From positions 1 through 16,665 of the forward strand of contig JBGCDR010000128.1 of NCBI GenBank assembly GCA_045105515.1: a stretch of 16,665 bases of DNA. Direction: 5' to 3'. Shown here in pieces: positions 1 to 8,600 of the stretch. Position 1 is the first letter of the stretch; every line of letters starts with the position of its first letter. Below the pieces are notes generated by a model. The model searched no databases and was not told the DNA's origin. It worked only from the letters and a program-made list of their open reading frames with translations. The translations under genes and the position numbers were made by a program. This stretch comes from Oligoflexales bacterium (lineage in GTDB: Bacteria; Bdellovibrionota_B; Oligoflexia; Oligoflexales; Bog-1112).

Positions 1-27
1 TGATGTTTCAAGCTAAGAGAGGTCAAT

Positions 28-279
28 ATGGAAATATTCGAATGGTTACCTGGATTTTTTACCCCTGGCGTTAAGTCATTTTTAATGGTGGTTGGTGTGC
101 TTCATCTTAGCATCCCAGCATTTGAAACCTTTGTGAGAGCAATCACAAAGGCAACCCCAAGCACAAAAGATGATGAGTGGGCTGAGCTTGCCCTTAGCTC
201 CAAGGCTTGGAATGTATTCGTCAAGCTTGTGACTTACTTAAGCGCTATAAAATTACCTAAAAAAAAGACGAAGAAATAG
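28..279 (+). CDS. Small membrane protein, putative phage holin-like
   Basis: 83 aa with GAGAGG SD upstream. Two hydrophobic segments flank a TPSTKDD motif and the C-terminus is basic (KLPKKKTKK), a layout typical of small phage holin-like proteins. Late-gene context. Confidence 0.5.
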   Translation: MEIFEWLPGFFTPGVKSFLMVVGVLHLSIPAFETFVRAITKATPSTKDDEWAELALSSKAWNVFVKLVTYLSAIKLPKKKTKK

Positions 280-308
280 AAGTTCATCTTAGCAGCAAGG
301 ATAAGAAT

Positions 309-521
309 ATGCCTTTATACTTTCGCTTGATGCTCGGTATGTCTCCTATCGTTCTTATTTTTCATGCTGAAATTAAGGGTATTAGGTTAGAACACCAGCG
401 TTTAAACAGCATGCTAGAGGAAGTGGTCCGTAACACTAAGGAGATTAAATGCCGGCTACCAGTGCGTCCACTCCCCCTACAGCAAATACATAGAGGAACT
501 TCAAATGCAGCTCCATATTGA
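309..521 (+). CDS. Hypothetical small protein (hydrophobic N-terminus plus coiled coil), possible lysis accessory
   Basis: 70 aa with AAGGA upstream. Fills the gap between neighbouring + strand genes and overlaps the next start. No family recognised. Confidence 0.4.
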   Translation: MPLYFRLMLGMSPIVLIFHAEIKGIRLEHQRLNSMLEEVVRNTKEIKCRLPVRPLPLQQIHRGTSNAAPY

Positions 522-1248
522 TTTTGACATTGAGGCAATCACAGAGGACTTAGACTTACTAAGTGACAAAGCACTCGATAGAGCTGTGGTTTACGCTACA
601 AATAAAGCTCTTGCTGCCGTTTATAGTGTGGCCGTTCAGGATCTAAAAAAACGTTACGGTATGCGCCTAGGTCAGGCTACTCGCACCATTCATAAAGGCT
701 TACCACCTAGCGCGAATAAGCTCCCTGAGAGTCGAGGAGGCTTACCACCAAGTAGAGGCGGGCTTCCACCCAGTGCAAACAAATTACCTCAAAGTAGAGG
801 CATGATGCCTTCTGTGCGCCCTTACCTTGAAGCAAAAAAATATAAAGTTCGGGATCTTAGATATGGTAAAGAAGCGCGATTAAACGCAGAGATAGAGCAG
901 ATCTCAACGATCCACTTTGTGGTTGGTGATCGAAACCCACAAGACCAAGGCATGATACCTCGTAGTAAAAGAAAGCCTAGCTATGTGAAAGTTCGCAAAG
1001 GTAGAAAGACACGCCTAAAGGGTAAATTCATCGGTAAACCCAGTAGAAACAAGGGTGGAACGCAGGTGTTTAGGTACGGAGACTTCAATGGTAAAAAGAA
1101 TATACTGCTTAAAGATAGCCTTCCCAACGTCTACAGTGTGTTAAACAGAGATTACGTTTCCAAAGAGATGGTCAAAGCTGCTGAAACGGCATTTGAAGCT
1201 TATTTTGCAGACAAATTAATAACTGAAATAGAGAGTGCAAAATCATGA
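505..1248 (+). CDS. Phage protein, gpZ/minor tail (tail completion)-like, very basic
   Basis: 247 aa with GAGGA SD. N-terminal ALDRAVVYATNKA helix and K/R-rich beta region (VKVRKGRKTRLKGKFIG...QVFR) resemble gpZ-like proteins often found just upstream of terminase genes. Confidence 0.55.
   Translation: MQLHIDFDIEAITEDLDLLSDKALDRAVVYATNKALAAVYSVAVQDLKKRYGMRLGQATRTIHKGLPPSANKLPESRGGLPPSRGGLPPSANKLPQSRGMMPSVRPYLEAKKYKVRDLRYGKEARLNAEIEQISTIHFVVGDRNPQDQGMIPRSKRKPSYVKVRKGRKTRLKGKFIGKPSRNKGGTQVFRYGDFNGKKNILLKDSLPNVYSVLNRDYVSKEMVKAAETAFEAYFADKLITEIESAKS
697..801 (+). repeat. Five in-frame 7-aa (21-nt) tandem repeats, consensus xLPxSxx
   Basis: Translation GLPPSAN-KLPESRG-GLPPSRG-GLPPSAN-KLPQSRG. 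Codons differ at synonymous positions between copies. Confidence 0.9.
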
Positions 1249-1384
1249 TGCCTCTTAAAATGATAAGTCACTGTAAATACGCAGCTTCACAAGTTCAGCA
1301 GGTACAATACAGCTGTTTTGCAAGCAGGCAGCATATAAAGGGGGGAGTGATGCCTTTTGTGGGGGTAAACACCTATAAAAACAT

Positions 1385-1435
1385 AGGTTCTTCCTTTCTA
1401 AGGCGCACTATCCGCAGCCAAGTCCAACGGTTTTC
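1385..1435 (+). other. Candidate lambda-type cos packaging site (cosQ-like/cosN-like)
   Basis: AGGTTCTTCC...GC-rich core...CGGTTTTC, ~75 bp upstream of terS. Resembles lambda GGGTCCTTTCC...GGGCGGCGACCT CGCGGGTTTTC in order and approximate spacing. Confidence 0.4.
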
Positions 1436-1507
1436 CAAAGATTTTCATTTTTGGCCTAGGTGCATGTTGTCTTCTTGGTAACTCTCTAATTTATAAGGAT
1501 TAAAAAG

Positions 1508-2029
1508 GTGAAAGATAGAGCAAGCAATATGATTGCATTAAGCAAGAAAAATGCAGGAAAATTACCCGACTATACAACAGCTACCGAGGTTGCGCGCGTA
1601 TTCGAACTCGATCCGAGAACGGTGAGAAAAAGGATAGCCGAGCTCGAAGCAAAGCACAGCGAGGGTAACAATAAGTTCTTTGATACAGCCGAAATCCTCA
1701 GGTTCACTTTGCTCAATAGCCCGACCATGCAGGACAACGTTGAACTTGACTTAACTCAAGAAAGGGCAAAGCACTACCGGACCCTGACCAAGAAAACTGA
1801 GATCGAAATCGAAAAGCTCTCGGACAAGTACATGCTGGTTGGGGATGTTGAGGAAAACATCAAAGGCAAGTTTATGAAATTCAGGCAAAAGCTCCTTATC
1901 ATTCCAGGGAAAGTTGGGAAGGAAGTTTTGAACGAAACTGATTTAAGAAACGTCAAAGACATATTGAAAGATGCTATCGAAGAGGCCTTGGTTGAATTAG
2001 CAACAGGCAGCGAAGATGATGGAATTTAA
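1508..2029 (+). CDS. terS: Terminase small subunit, Nu1/DUF1441-like
   Basis: N-terminal winged HTH (TATEVARVFELDPRTVRKRI) followed by coiled coil (LTQERAKH...EIEIEKL). Overlaps the start of terL. Start could be GTG 1508 or ATG 1529. Confidence 0.85.
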   Translation: MKDRASNMIALSKKNAGKLPDYTTATEVARVFELDPRTVRKRIAELEAKHSEGNNKFFDTAEILRFTLLNSPTMQDNVELDLTQERAKHYRTLTKKTEIEIEKLSDKYMLVGDVEENIKGKFMKFRQKLLIIPGKVGKEVLNETDLRNVKDILKDAIEEALVELATGSEDDGI

Positions 2030-3941
2030 TGAGCTACTGAGAAGAAAAACTAAAAAAAGGTTCTCCTCTTTTGATTCACTCTTAGCACCACCACCTAAGC
2101 TCACAGTGTCAGAGGATGCAGCTAGGCATAGGAATATTTCATTAGAGGAATCCGCAAAGCCTGGCAAATGGGTTAGCTGGCCTTTTCAAATCGAAATGCA
2201 AAACGTCTATAACGAAAAAGGCGTACAGCTTGCTGTCTATATGACCGCATGTCAGGTAAGTAAGACCGTTCAGGAGCTAAACCTGATCAGCTACTTCATC
2301 AAGTATGAAAACGGCGGCATCAACTTTATGCTACCAACAAAAACCATGGCGGAGGACTATTCACAGGTTCGTTTTGATTCTATGGTCCGTGATTCCCCTG
2401 CACTCGCAAAGATCCTACCTCCTACAAGGTCAAAGGGAAATAAGACGCTCTTTAAAAAATGGGTAGGTGGCTATATACGATTTATCGGATCTGAGAACGC
2501 CAACGACGTCTGTTCCTTCGCGACTGGAAAGGTCATTATAGACGAGGCAGATCGCTGCAGCTTGGTCGTTCGTAACTCCAAAGGAGAGATCGAGGGCAAC
2601 ACTTTACAGCTATTATTTAAGCGTATGTCCACCTTCGATGATAAATTTGTCCTGATGGCATCGACTCCCACGACCGTTGAAACTTCAATCACTTGGGAGT
2701 ATTTTCAAAAGTCTGATCAAAGGCACCCTCATATACCCTGTCCTCACTGCGGTTATTATCAGTTCCTAGACTGGAATAATTTCACTTGGCAAGGAAAAAA
2801 TCCCAATGATTTTAATACCGTTTTTTCTGACGATTTAGACTCCTTGCTAGATTCCTTCTGTTATGCCTGTCAAAGCTGCAACAAAACTTTTAAAGACTCT
2901 GAGCTTCCCCTCATGCCCGATAAATTAGAGGTAAAATGGCATAAGCATAATCCAAAAGGCCGCTTCCCAGGCTTTCATATCAATCAGTTTTATACAAACG
3001 CATGGAAGGGTCTGTTTGAAGAGTACTTATCCTGTGGGCAAAACCAAATCAAGAGGATGTCTTTTTGGAATACGGTTCTAGGGCTTCCCTTTAGCTTTGA
3101 AGGTATCAAGGTTCCCGATCATAGCATCCTGATGGAAAGACCTAAGTACTACGAGAGAAGTTTCGTTCCAAGTCCAGCTTGCGTACTCCTTGCAGGCTGC
3201 GATGTCCAAGATGACCGGGTTGAGATCGTGGTAGCAGCAGTTAACAGAAGGCAAACCTACGTCGTAGACCATGCGGTTTTTTATGGCAATCCTGCAAACC
3301 CTGAGTCTGAATGCTGGGAGAACCTTAGGGACTACGTGTATAAGTCATGGCAGACAGAAAGTGGCCAGCAACTTTATATTCTGGCGGCAGGGATAGACTC
3401 AAGACACCGCAAGGACACAGTAGTACGTTTTGCCAAGAAAAATAGGGTTTTTATCCCGGTTACGGGCTCCCCAAGTGTATGGGACATGCAGCTTCTAAGC
3501 CCGCGCAAGGCTGAGGTTAACCAAAATGGCAGGTGGTTTGAAATTGATGTCCTGCGCTTTCCCTTGGGCGTAAACTTGCTTAAGATGGACCTGTATGGTC
3601 GTTTAAACCTCTCTCAAACGAAGAAGCAACTCCGTGACAACGAATACCCCTCTGACTGGATACACTTTCCTAAAGACCTCTCTGAGGGATTCTACAAGCA
3701 GCTTACCGGCGAGGTCTTGGAGGTCAACGAAGACGCTAGAGGAAAGACCAAGAAAAATTGGCGTAAGCAGTACACGAACGTAGAGATCCTCGACTGCATG
3801 GTTTATATCCTGGGCATTTACCTCATTAAGTCTCTGAATGACTGGTCGGATGCAAGATGGGGAGCGGAAGAGGCTAAGATAGGCCTTGGCAAAAGCAAGG
3901 AATCTGAGCAATCGAGTCCGATTATCGGGTCGATGATTTAA
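2016..3941 (+). CDS. terL: Terminase large subunit, lambda GpA family
   Basis: 641 aa. PGKW..WPFQ adenine-binding region, Walker A-like ACQVSKT, Walker B VIIDEADR, motif III ASTPT, Zn pairs CPHC/CQSC, GFHIN, nuclease motifs AGCDVQDDRVE, GIDS and EILDCMVY. Confidence 0.95.
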   Translation: MMEFNELLRRKTKKRFSSFDSLLAPPPKLTVSEDAARHRNISLEESAKPGKWVSWPFQIEMQNVYNEKGVQLAVYMTACQVSKTVQELNLISYFIKYENGGINFMLPTKTMAEDYSQVRFDSMVRDSPALAKILPPTRSKGNKTLFKKWVGGYIRFIGSENANDVCSFATGKVIIDEADRCSLVVRNSKGEIEGNTLQLLFKRMSTFDDKFVLMASTPTTVETSITWEYFQKSDQRHPHIPCPHCGYYQFLDWNNFTWQGKNPNDFNTVFSDDLDSLLDSFCYACQSCNKTFKDSELPLMPDKLEVKWHKHNPKGRFPGFHINQFYTNAWKGLFEEYLSCGQNQIKRMSFWNTVLGLPFSFEGIKVPDHSILMERPKYYERSFVPSPACVLLAGCDVQDDRVEIVVAAVNRRQTYVVDHAVFYGNPANPESECWENLRDYVYKSWQTESGQQLYILAAGIDSRHRKDTVVRFAKKNRVFIPVTGSPSVWDMQLLSPRKAEVNQNGRWFEIDVLRFPLGVNLLKMDLYGRLNLSQTKKQLRDNEYPSDWIHFPKDLSEGFYKQLTGEVLEVNEDARGKTKKNWRKQYTNVEILDCMVYILGIYLIKSLNDWSDARWGAEEAKIGLGKSKESEQSSPIIGSMI

Positions 3942-4588
3942 GCATGTAGATCATTATTTTGAACCTTACTTAAAGTGCGAGTAGATATCATTTGTATCTG
4001 ATTCCATTCGCAAGCATCTATATTTTTAATTGCATCACGGGGCGTCCTAAATTTTTCTTTTAACTCAGGAAGATAACGAGCCACTGTGTCATTAAGGCAT
4101 GTCCATAAAATCTCACATACTTCGTCAACCTCATCAAAATCATTATCTACATGCCCTCTCACAATTATTTGATCCTTTGACTTCATAAATTCTAGTTGAA
4201 CTTTGCTCTTTGCTACTTCTAAATCAGGTTCATCCATAAGGAGCATTATGCATTTTTTTTTGTACATTCGGAAAGACCTACATATAGATTTTATAAAATC
4301 AAATAATAAAACCTTAGGCATTTCTTTCATAATGTTGTTGTCATAATAAACTTCAAAACTTTCTTCAGATTCGCTTTGTATGCCAAATACTTTTTGTACA
4401 TTATTTTCTTGATAATTTTTAAGATTGCTCGCTATTTCGCTCTCATAATCTAATATTTCTAGCCTCTCTGCTCTTGTCTTCTCAGCCTCTCTAATTTTAA
4501 TCGCTTCCTGAGACTTTCTTCTAGTTTCTTGTGCTTTTCGCTGCCTAAGCTGCCTTTTTCTATGTCTATCACTTATTTTTTTTTTCAT
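3938..4588 (-). CDS. Hypothetical protein, basic N-terminal helix, paralogue of 4744..5385
   Basis: 216 aa with GAGGA SD. Aligns by eye over most of its length with the neighbouring ORF. Confidence 0.8.
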   Translation of the reverse strand: MKKKISDRHRKRQLRQRKAQETRRKSQEAIKIREAEKTRAERLEILDYESEIASNLKNYQENNVQKVFGIQSESEESFEVYYDNNIMKEMPKVLLFDFIKSICRSFRMYKKKCIMLLMDEPDLEVAKSKVQLEFMKSKDQIIVRGHVDNDFDEVDEVCEILWTCLNDTVARYLPELKEKFRTPRDAIKNIDACEWNQIQMISTRTLSKVQNNDLHA

Positions 4589-4722
4589 AGCTTCCTCTTA
4601 AATTATAAAGCTAACTCGAATAGTAAGCTCATGATGAAATGCATCACCAGCTTTATCGAAATACTCTAATACACTCAGGGGTGGCAGACTTTACCTCCCC
4701 TTTTGAAATACCACTTCATAGG

Positions 4723-4746
4723 AGGGTGTCGTGAAACGCGACGTCA
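4723..4746. repeat. Copy 1 of a TCGTGAAA-centred imperfect palindrome/hairpin
   Basis: AGGGTGTCGTGAAA (4723-4736) is identical to 5558-5571. GTCGTG-AAA-CGCGAC can fold. Confidence 0.8.
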
Positions 4747-5385
4747 TCTCAAAGTCCCTGCAACTTGCTCAGTGGCAGTGGTGTCGCCTAGATTGATATC
4801 GATGCTATCTGCGGCCTTCATGACTTTATCGAGTTGGCCATCTAACTCAGAACAACGCATATGGTAAATATTTCTGAATGCATCTCTTAATGAGTCACTG
4901 ATATCGGCAAGGTCGAGAGGGTTTTCGCCTATATTCCCTGCTGTGACCACGTTATCATTGGCATCGACAAAAATCTCTAAACTCACATCGCCATCCATTT
5001 TAGGAACCTCTAATTTGCCCTTTTCATACAGTAGGATTTTCTTTTGAGTATGAGAACATGCTTCATATAAGGCTACTATTAGCTTAAAAACAGCCTCTAT
5101 CGAGATTTTCTCTGCATGCTTATCATAAAAGTTTTCACAAACTGAGTCCTCATCGGCGAGCATGTACACTTTGTATATCGGAACCGAATTTTCATACTGT
5201 CCTTTGGCGTTTAGGTATATTTCCTTCTCGAACGTCAGAATATCATCTTGGAATCGACTAAGCTTTTCTTGGAGCCTCTTCTCTTCCCTAATTTTTATCA
5301 CTGCTTGAGCATTTTTTCTCGCTTCCTCAGCTTTCTGCTGCTTGCGCTGCATGCTTCGTTGTCTGCTATTAATCTTTTTTTTCAT
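4744..5385 (-). CDS. Hypothetical protein, basic N-terminal helix, paralogue of 3938..4588
   Basis: 213 aa with AGGA SD. Shared pattern MKKKI..R.R...RQ.KA.E.R...Q..IKIRE and IL.(F/Y)E.EI..N.K...EN.V. Confidence 0.8.
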   Translation of the reverse strand: MKKKINSRQRSMQRKQQKAEEARKNAQAVIKIREEKRLQEKLSRFQDDILTFEKEIYLNAKGQYENSVPIYKVYMLADEDSVCENFYDKHAEKISIEAVFKLIVALYEACSHTQKKILLYEKGKLEVPKMDGDVSLEIFVDANDNVVTAGNIGENPLDLADISDSLRDAFRNIYHMRCSELDGQLDKVMKAADSIDINLGDTTATEQVAGTLR

Positions 5386-5557
5386 AAGTTCCTGTTTGGT
5401 TTTGATGCAGAAAGTAGAACCTATAAGTATACCGCGTCAAGGTTTTAGCGACAACGGCAAGTCAGAAGCATCTGGAATACAGGCCCTGCATTCGAAAGAT
5501 TCACTCTTCTAAATAAGGCTTTATCCGCAATGCTTTTTCAGGTTCAACGAACGGCCA

Positions 5558-5610
5558 AGGGTGTCGTGAAATACGACGACCTTTAGACGACCTCGTGAAA
5601 CGCGGGGTCA
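5558..5610. repeat. Copies 2 and 3 of the TCGTGAAA-centred imperfect palindrome/hairpin
   Basis: GTCGTG-AAA-TACGAC (5563-5577) and GACCTCGTG-AAA-CGCGGGGTC (5589-5609). Confidence 0.8.
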
Positions 5611-8600
5611 TCCTTTACCCCAATGCCTTGAGAAGTGACCGTCGACTCCCATCTTTACACCAGGGCAGTAATGCTTAGCCGCCCCTATCATTAGCTGGTC
5701 TACTCGCTTAGCCTCTTCCTCAAAGTTTTTCTCATCCACTTGCACGACAAACTCGTCATGCACAACACACGGAACCTCAAAGCCGTTTCGAGTGAGGTTA
5801 AACCAGGCGCTGTTTGCAATATCAGAGAGCAAGCCTTGGAATGGAGTGTTGTTAAACTCTGTGTAAGAGCAGTTAGCTCTAATCCTCCCTGACCTTGGGA
5901 GCACAGCAGTAAGAGAGTTTTTAAGAGCTTTTACAAACTGAATGTTAGGCTTCCTAGCATCCACGCTCTTTTTATAGGCTTTAAATTTATCGTATTTGGC
6001 TACAACAGCAGCAGCATTTTCCCAGGCCCAGTCTACCTCTTTTTCACCATATTCTCTGTCGGTCGTTGCTGTTCCCGAATAACCTTCAAGCATCCTGAAG
6101 AATCCGTGTAGGGCCGCGCCATTTGGGAAGTTGCAAGGGTGCTCTATTAATAGAAGCTTCTTAGCAAGCTGCTTATCCGACTCTTCAAGGTATAGCTTCA
6201 TCTCAGGAAAGGACTGGAGCCATGCTTCTTTAATAGCCTTCGCTTGCTGCTCGTTAATCGTGACTCCATAGGAATCCCTGGCGAAATCAACCAGTCTCTT
6301 AAACCCCAATCCACCAGGCAAACCAAAGTTGGCGATTTTCCCGTATTGGCGTTCCCCTTTAGAGACCTGATCCACAGGCTTACCAAGAAACCTGGAAGCC
6401 GTGAGTTTATGCACATCCTGGCCCTGGTTAATCGCATCACTAAGCTTACTAAAGCCATACCTATCAAGGCATACCTGGGCAAGGGTCACTAGTTCGGCTG
6501 AGCTATAATCAGCTATATAAAGGGTTTTCCCCTCACTTGCTATAAGCTGGGCTCTCATATCCACGAGGTCCTTTTCCCTTGGGATCTGCTGGAGGTTAGG
6601 CTTACTCATAGCATTACGCCCAGTATTTTTGAGGATACTTATATGCGGGTGAATCCTCGTCACCTTCTCAAGGGGGGTAACACTCATCTTAAGGAGCTTA
6701 TTGTTGTGCTGGCGTTCTTGCCAAAGGTCAAGGAACTCAATGCCTTTAAATGGCTTTAAAGCTGCCTTTTTCTGGCTGATCATCTCCTTGCCTGTCACAC
6801 CATCTAAGAACCTAGGGAAGCGTATATTCTGTTCAGCTTCTATATTTTCCATAGCCTTATTAAAACGCTCTTTTTGCCCCTTGCCGCCTGCATAGTCGTA
6901 TTTTTCAAGCAGGGTTTGATCGATCTGTTCAAGGCGATTTCTGAGAATAGCACCGTTTTCCTTAGCTTTTTCTGTATCAACTCTAAAGCCTAAATTAGAG
7001 GTATTAAAGGCCGCTAGGGCATCACCAACCTGCACAAAATGGCTGAGGAGTTTGGATTCATCGAGCCCATGCTTGGCAACAATGTTCTTAGCCTCAAACT
7101 CCAACTTGCTCCATAAGAAATAAGTCGCAATAGTATCGAAGGCATTGTAGTGAAAATAGGCGGCTGGTGCCTCTTTTATGCGACCAAGGTAATCACCATA
7201 GGAAGTCCTTACCTCCTTACCATCAACCTCTGCTTCTTTTGGGAGAGTAATATCAAGTTTGTCTTTGCACAGGGTTGCTAAGGTGTACTTGCCCTTTTTA
7301 TTCTCTGCATCTCCCTCAGTTGCAAGATTGATAAGTCTTGCTAAAAGCCAGGTATCCAGGCCTTTTTTCTTAGCTGCCTGCTCTAATCCCCACTGCCTAT
7401 TGTGGATCTGATTACTCAAGGTCATAAAGTCAAAGGCAATATTGTGAGCAATCCAGTTTGAGTGCTCATGGGTCTTTGCAAACTCTTTTAGCTGATGTAC
7501 CTCGATGAAAAATAGCTCCTTACCATTAAACGCTGAAGCTAGGACTATCTGAGGGATGTACCCTCCTTCGATTAGCTCCGTCTCTACATCGAAGGAAAAA
7601 TTCTTTCCTAAGTTCTCACCTGACCACCATTTGGAGGCGTAGACCTTACCCTTAAGTTTATAAATAGGTAGATCCTTTAAGGGAGTATCCCAGTTTTCCG
7701 CCGGACCCTCTGGACCCTCATCAATAATAAGGGTCCGGTCTATTTCCCCTGTATTTACATTATCTTTAAGCTCTTCAGAAGCAATTATGGACCCTTTTAA
7801 CCCTCTTTTAGAGGAGCCAGAATTTTTTCCCGAAATTTTTTTTGCATCCGAATTCTCAAGAGGGTCTAAAAACCCCGAAAGGGTCCGGCGGTCTTTGTAA
7901 GATTCTGTTTCTATTTCTGAATTCGCTCGGACCCTTTTTACCCCAAGGGTCCGGCAGGGTCCATCGGAGGGTCCGGCTGGAAGATTAGAGGAAGAAAGCC
8001 TGAATAAATAGTCTCTCGAATTCCCTCCCACCTTGCCTGGAACGGTGTCTACAGTAATTTCAACTTCGTCTTCGTCCTCTGTGATATAGGGGAAGGCCTT
8101 CCCTTTCATCTTTCTGAGGATGTTTCCCACCTTCGTATTCTTACCTTGTGGCCGAGGCGTATCACGGAAAAACTTCGGATTGATCTCCTCAGCTTTTGCC
8201 CTCCATTGTTTTGCCGGTGCTGCTTCAGTCTCAGTTGCTCCAGTACGGTAAAGCTCCTCACTTCCGACATCGAGCATAAGAGAAATATCTGGACTTAGCT
8301 TGCCGAGAATATCTCTGTAGTTTGATAGGAATCCGTTAAATCCATTGACCTTCAATATGCCGTTCACGAAAGCTGCCCACTTTGGGTACTTAGGAAAGTG
8401 CACATTTTCTTTAGGGCAGCCTGCTTTTTGCCAATTTAGGACAAGACCTAGGAGTTCTGAGAGAACTGCATTTCTATTCTGCTTCACGTAAGCTAATGGG
8501 TTTGCGTCCTTTAGCTTTCTTTCATGAGCAAGCTCTATGGTAATCGATCGAGTCAGCAGGTCATCACAGATAACCCCATCATTTAATGTTGCAAAAAACT

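Noticed and set aside
1245..1481. 78 aa + strand ORF between the gpZ-like gene and terS
   Set aside because: No recognisable motifs, and it spans the expected non-coding cos region. Not excluded, but unsupported.
1774..3911. Minus-strand ORFs 1774-1962, 2471-2692, 3078-3272 and 3603-3911
   Set aside because: Antisense shadows inside well-supported terminase genes.
4720..4796. AGGAGG followed by a GTG-started 21-codon + strand ORF
   Set aside because: Mostly antisense to the 213 aa gene, and the equivalent frame at the 5558 repeat copy stops after six codons.
5890..6200. Intein as the explanation for the polymerase insertion
   Set aside because: No His-Asn-(Cys/Ser/Thr) splice junction or LAGLIDADG motif seen, and the insertion is short.
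7700..7977. CRISPR array or protein-level repeat
   Set aside because: Repeats are 7-10 bp, irregularly spaced, in both orientations and in different reading frames.
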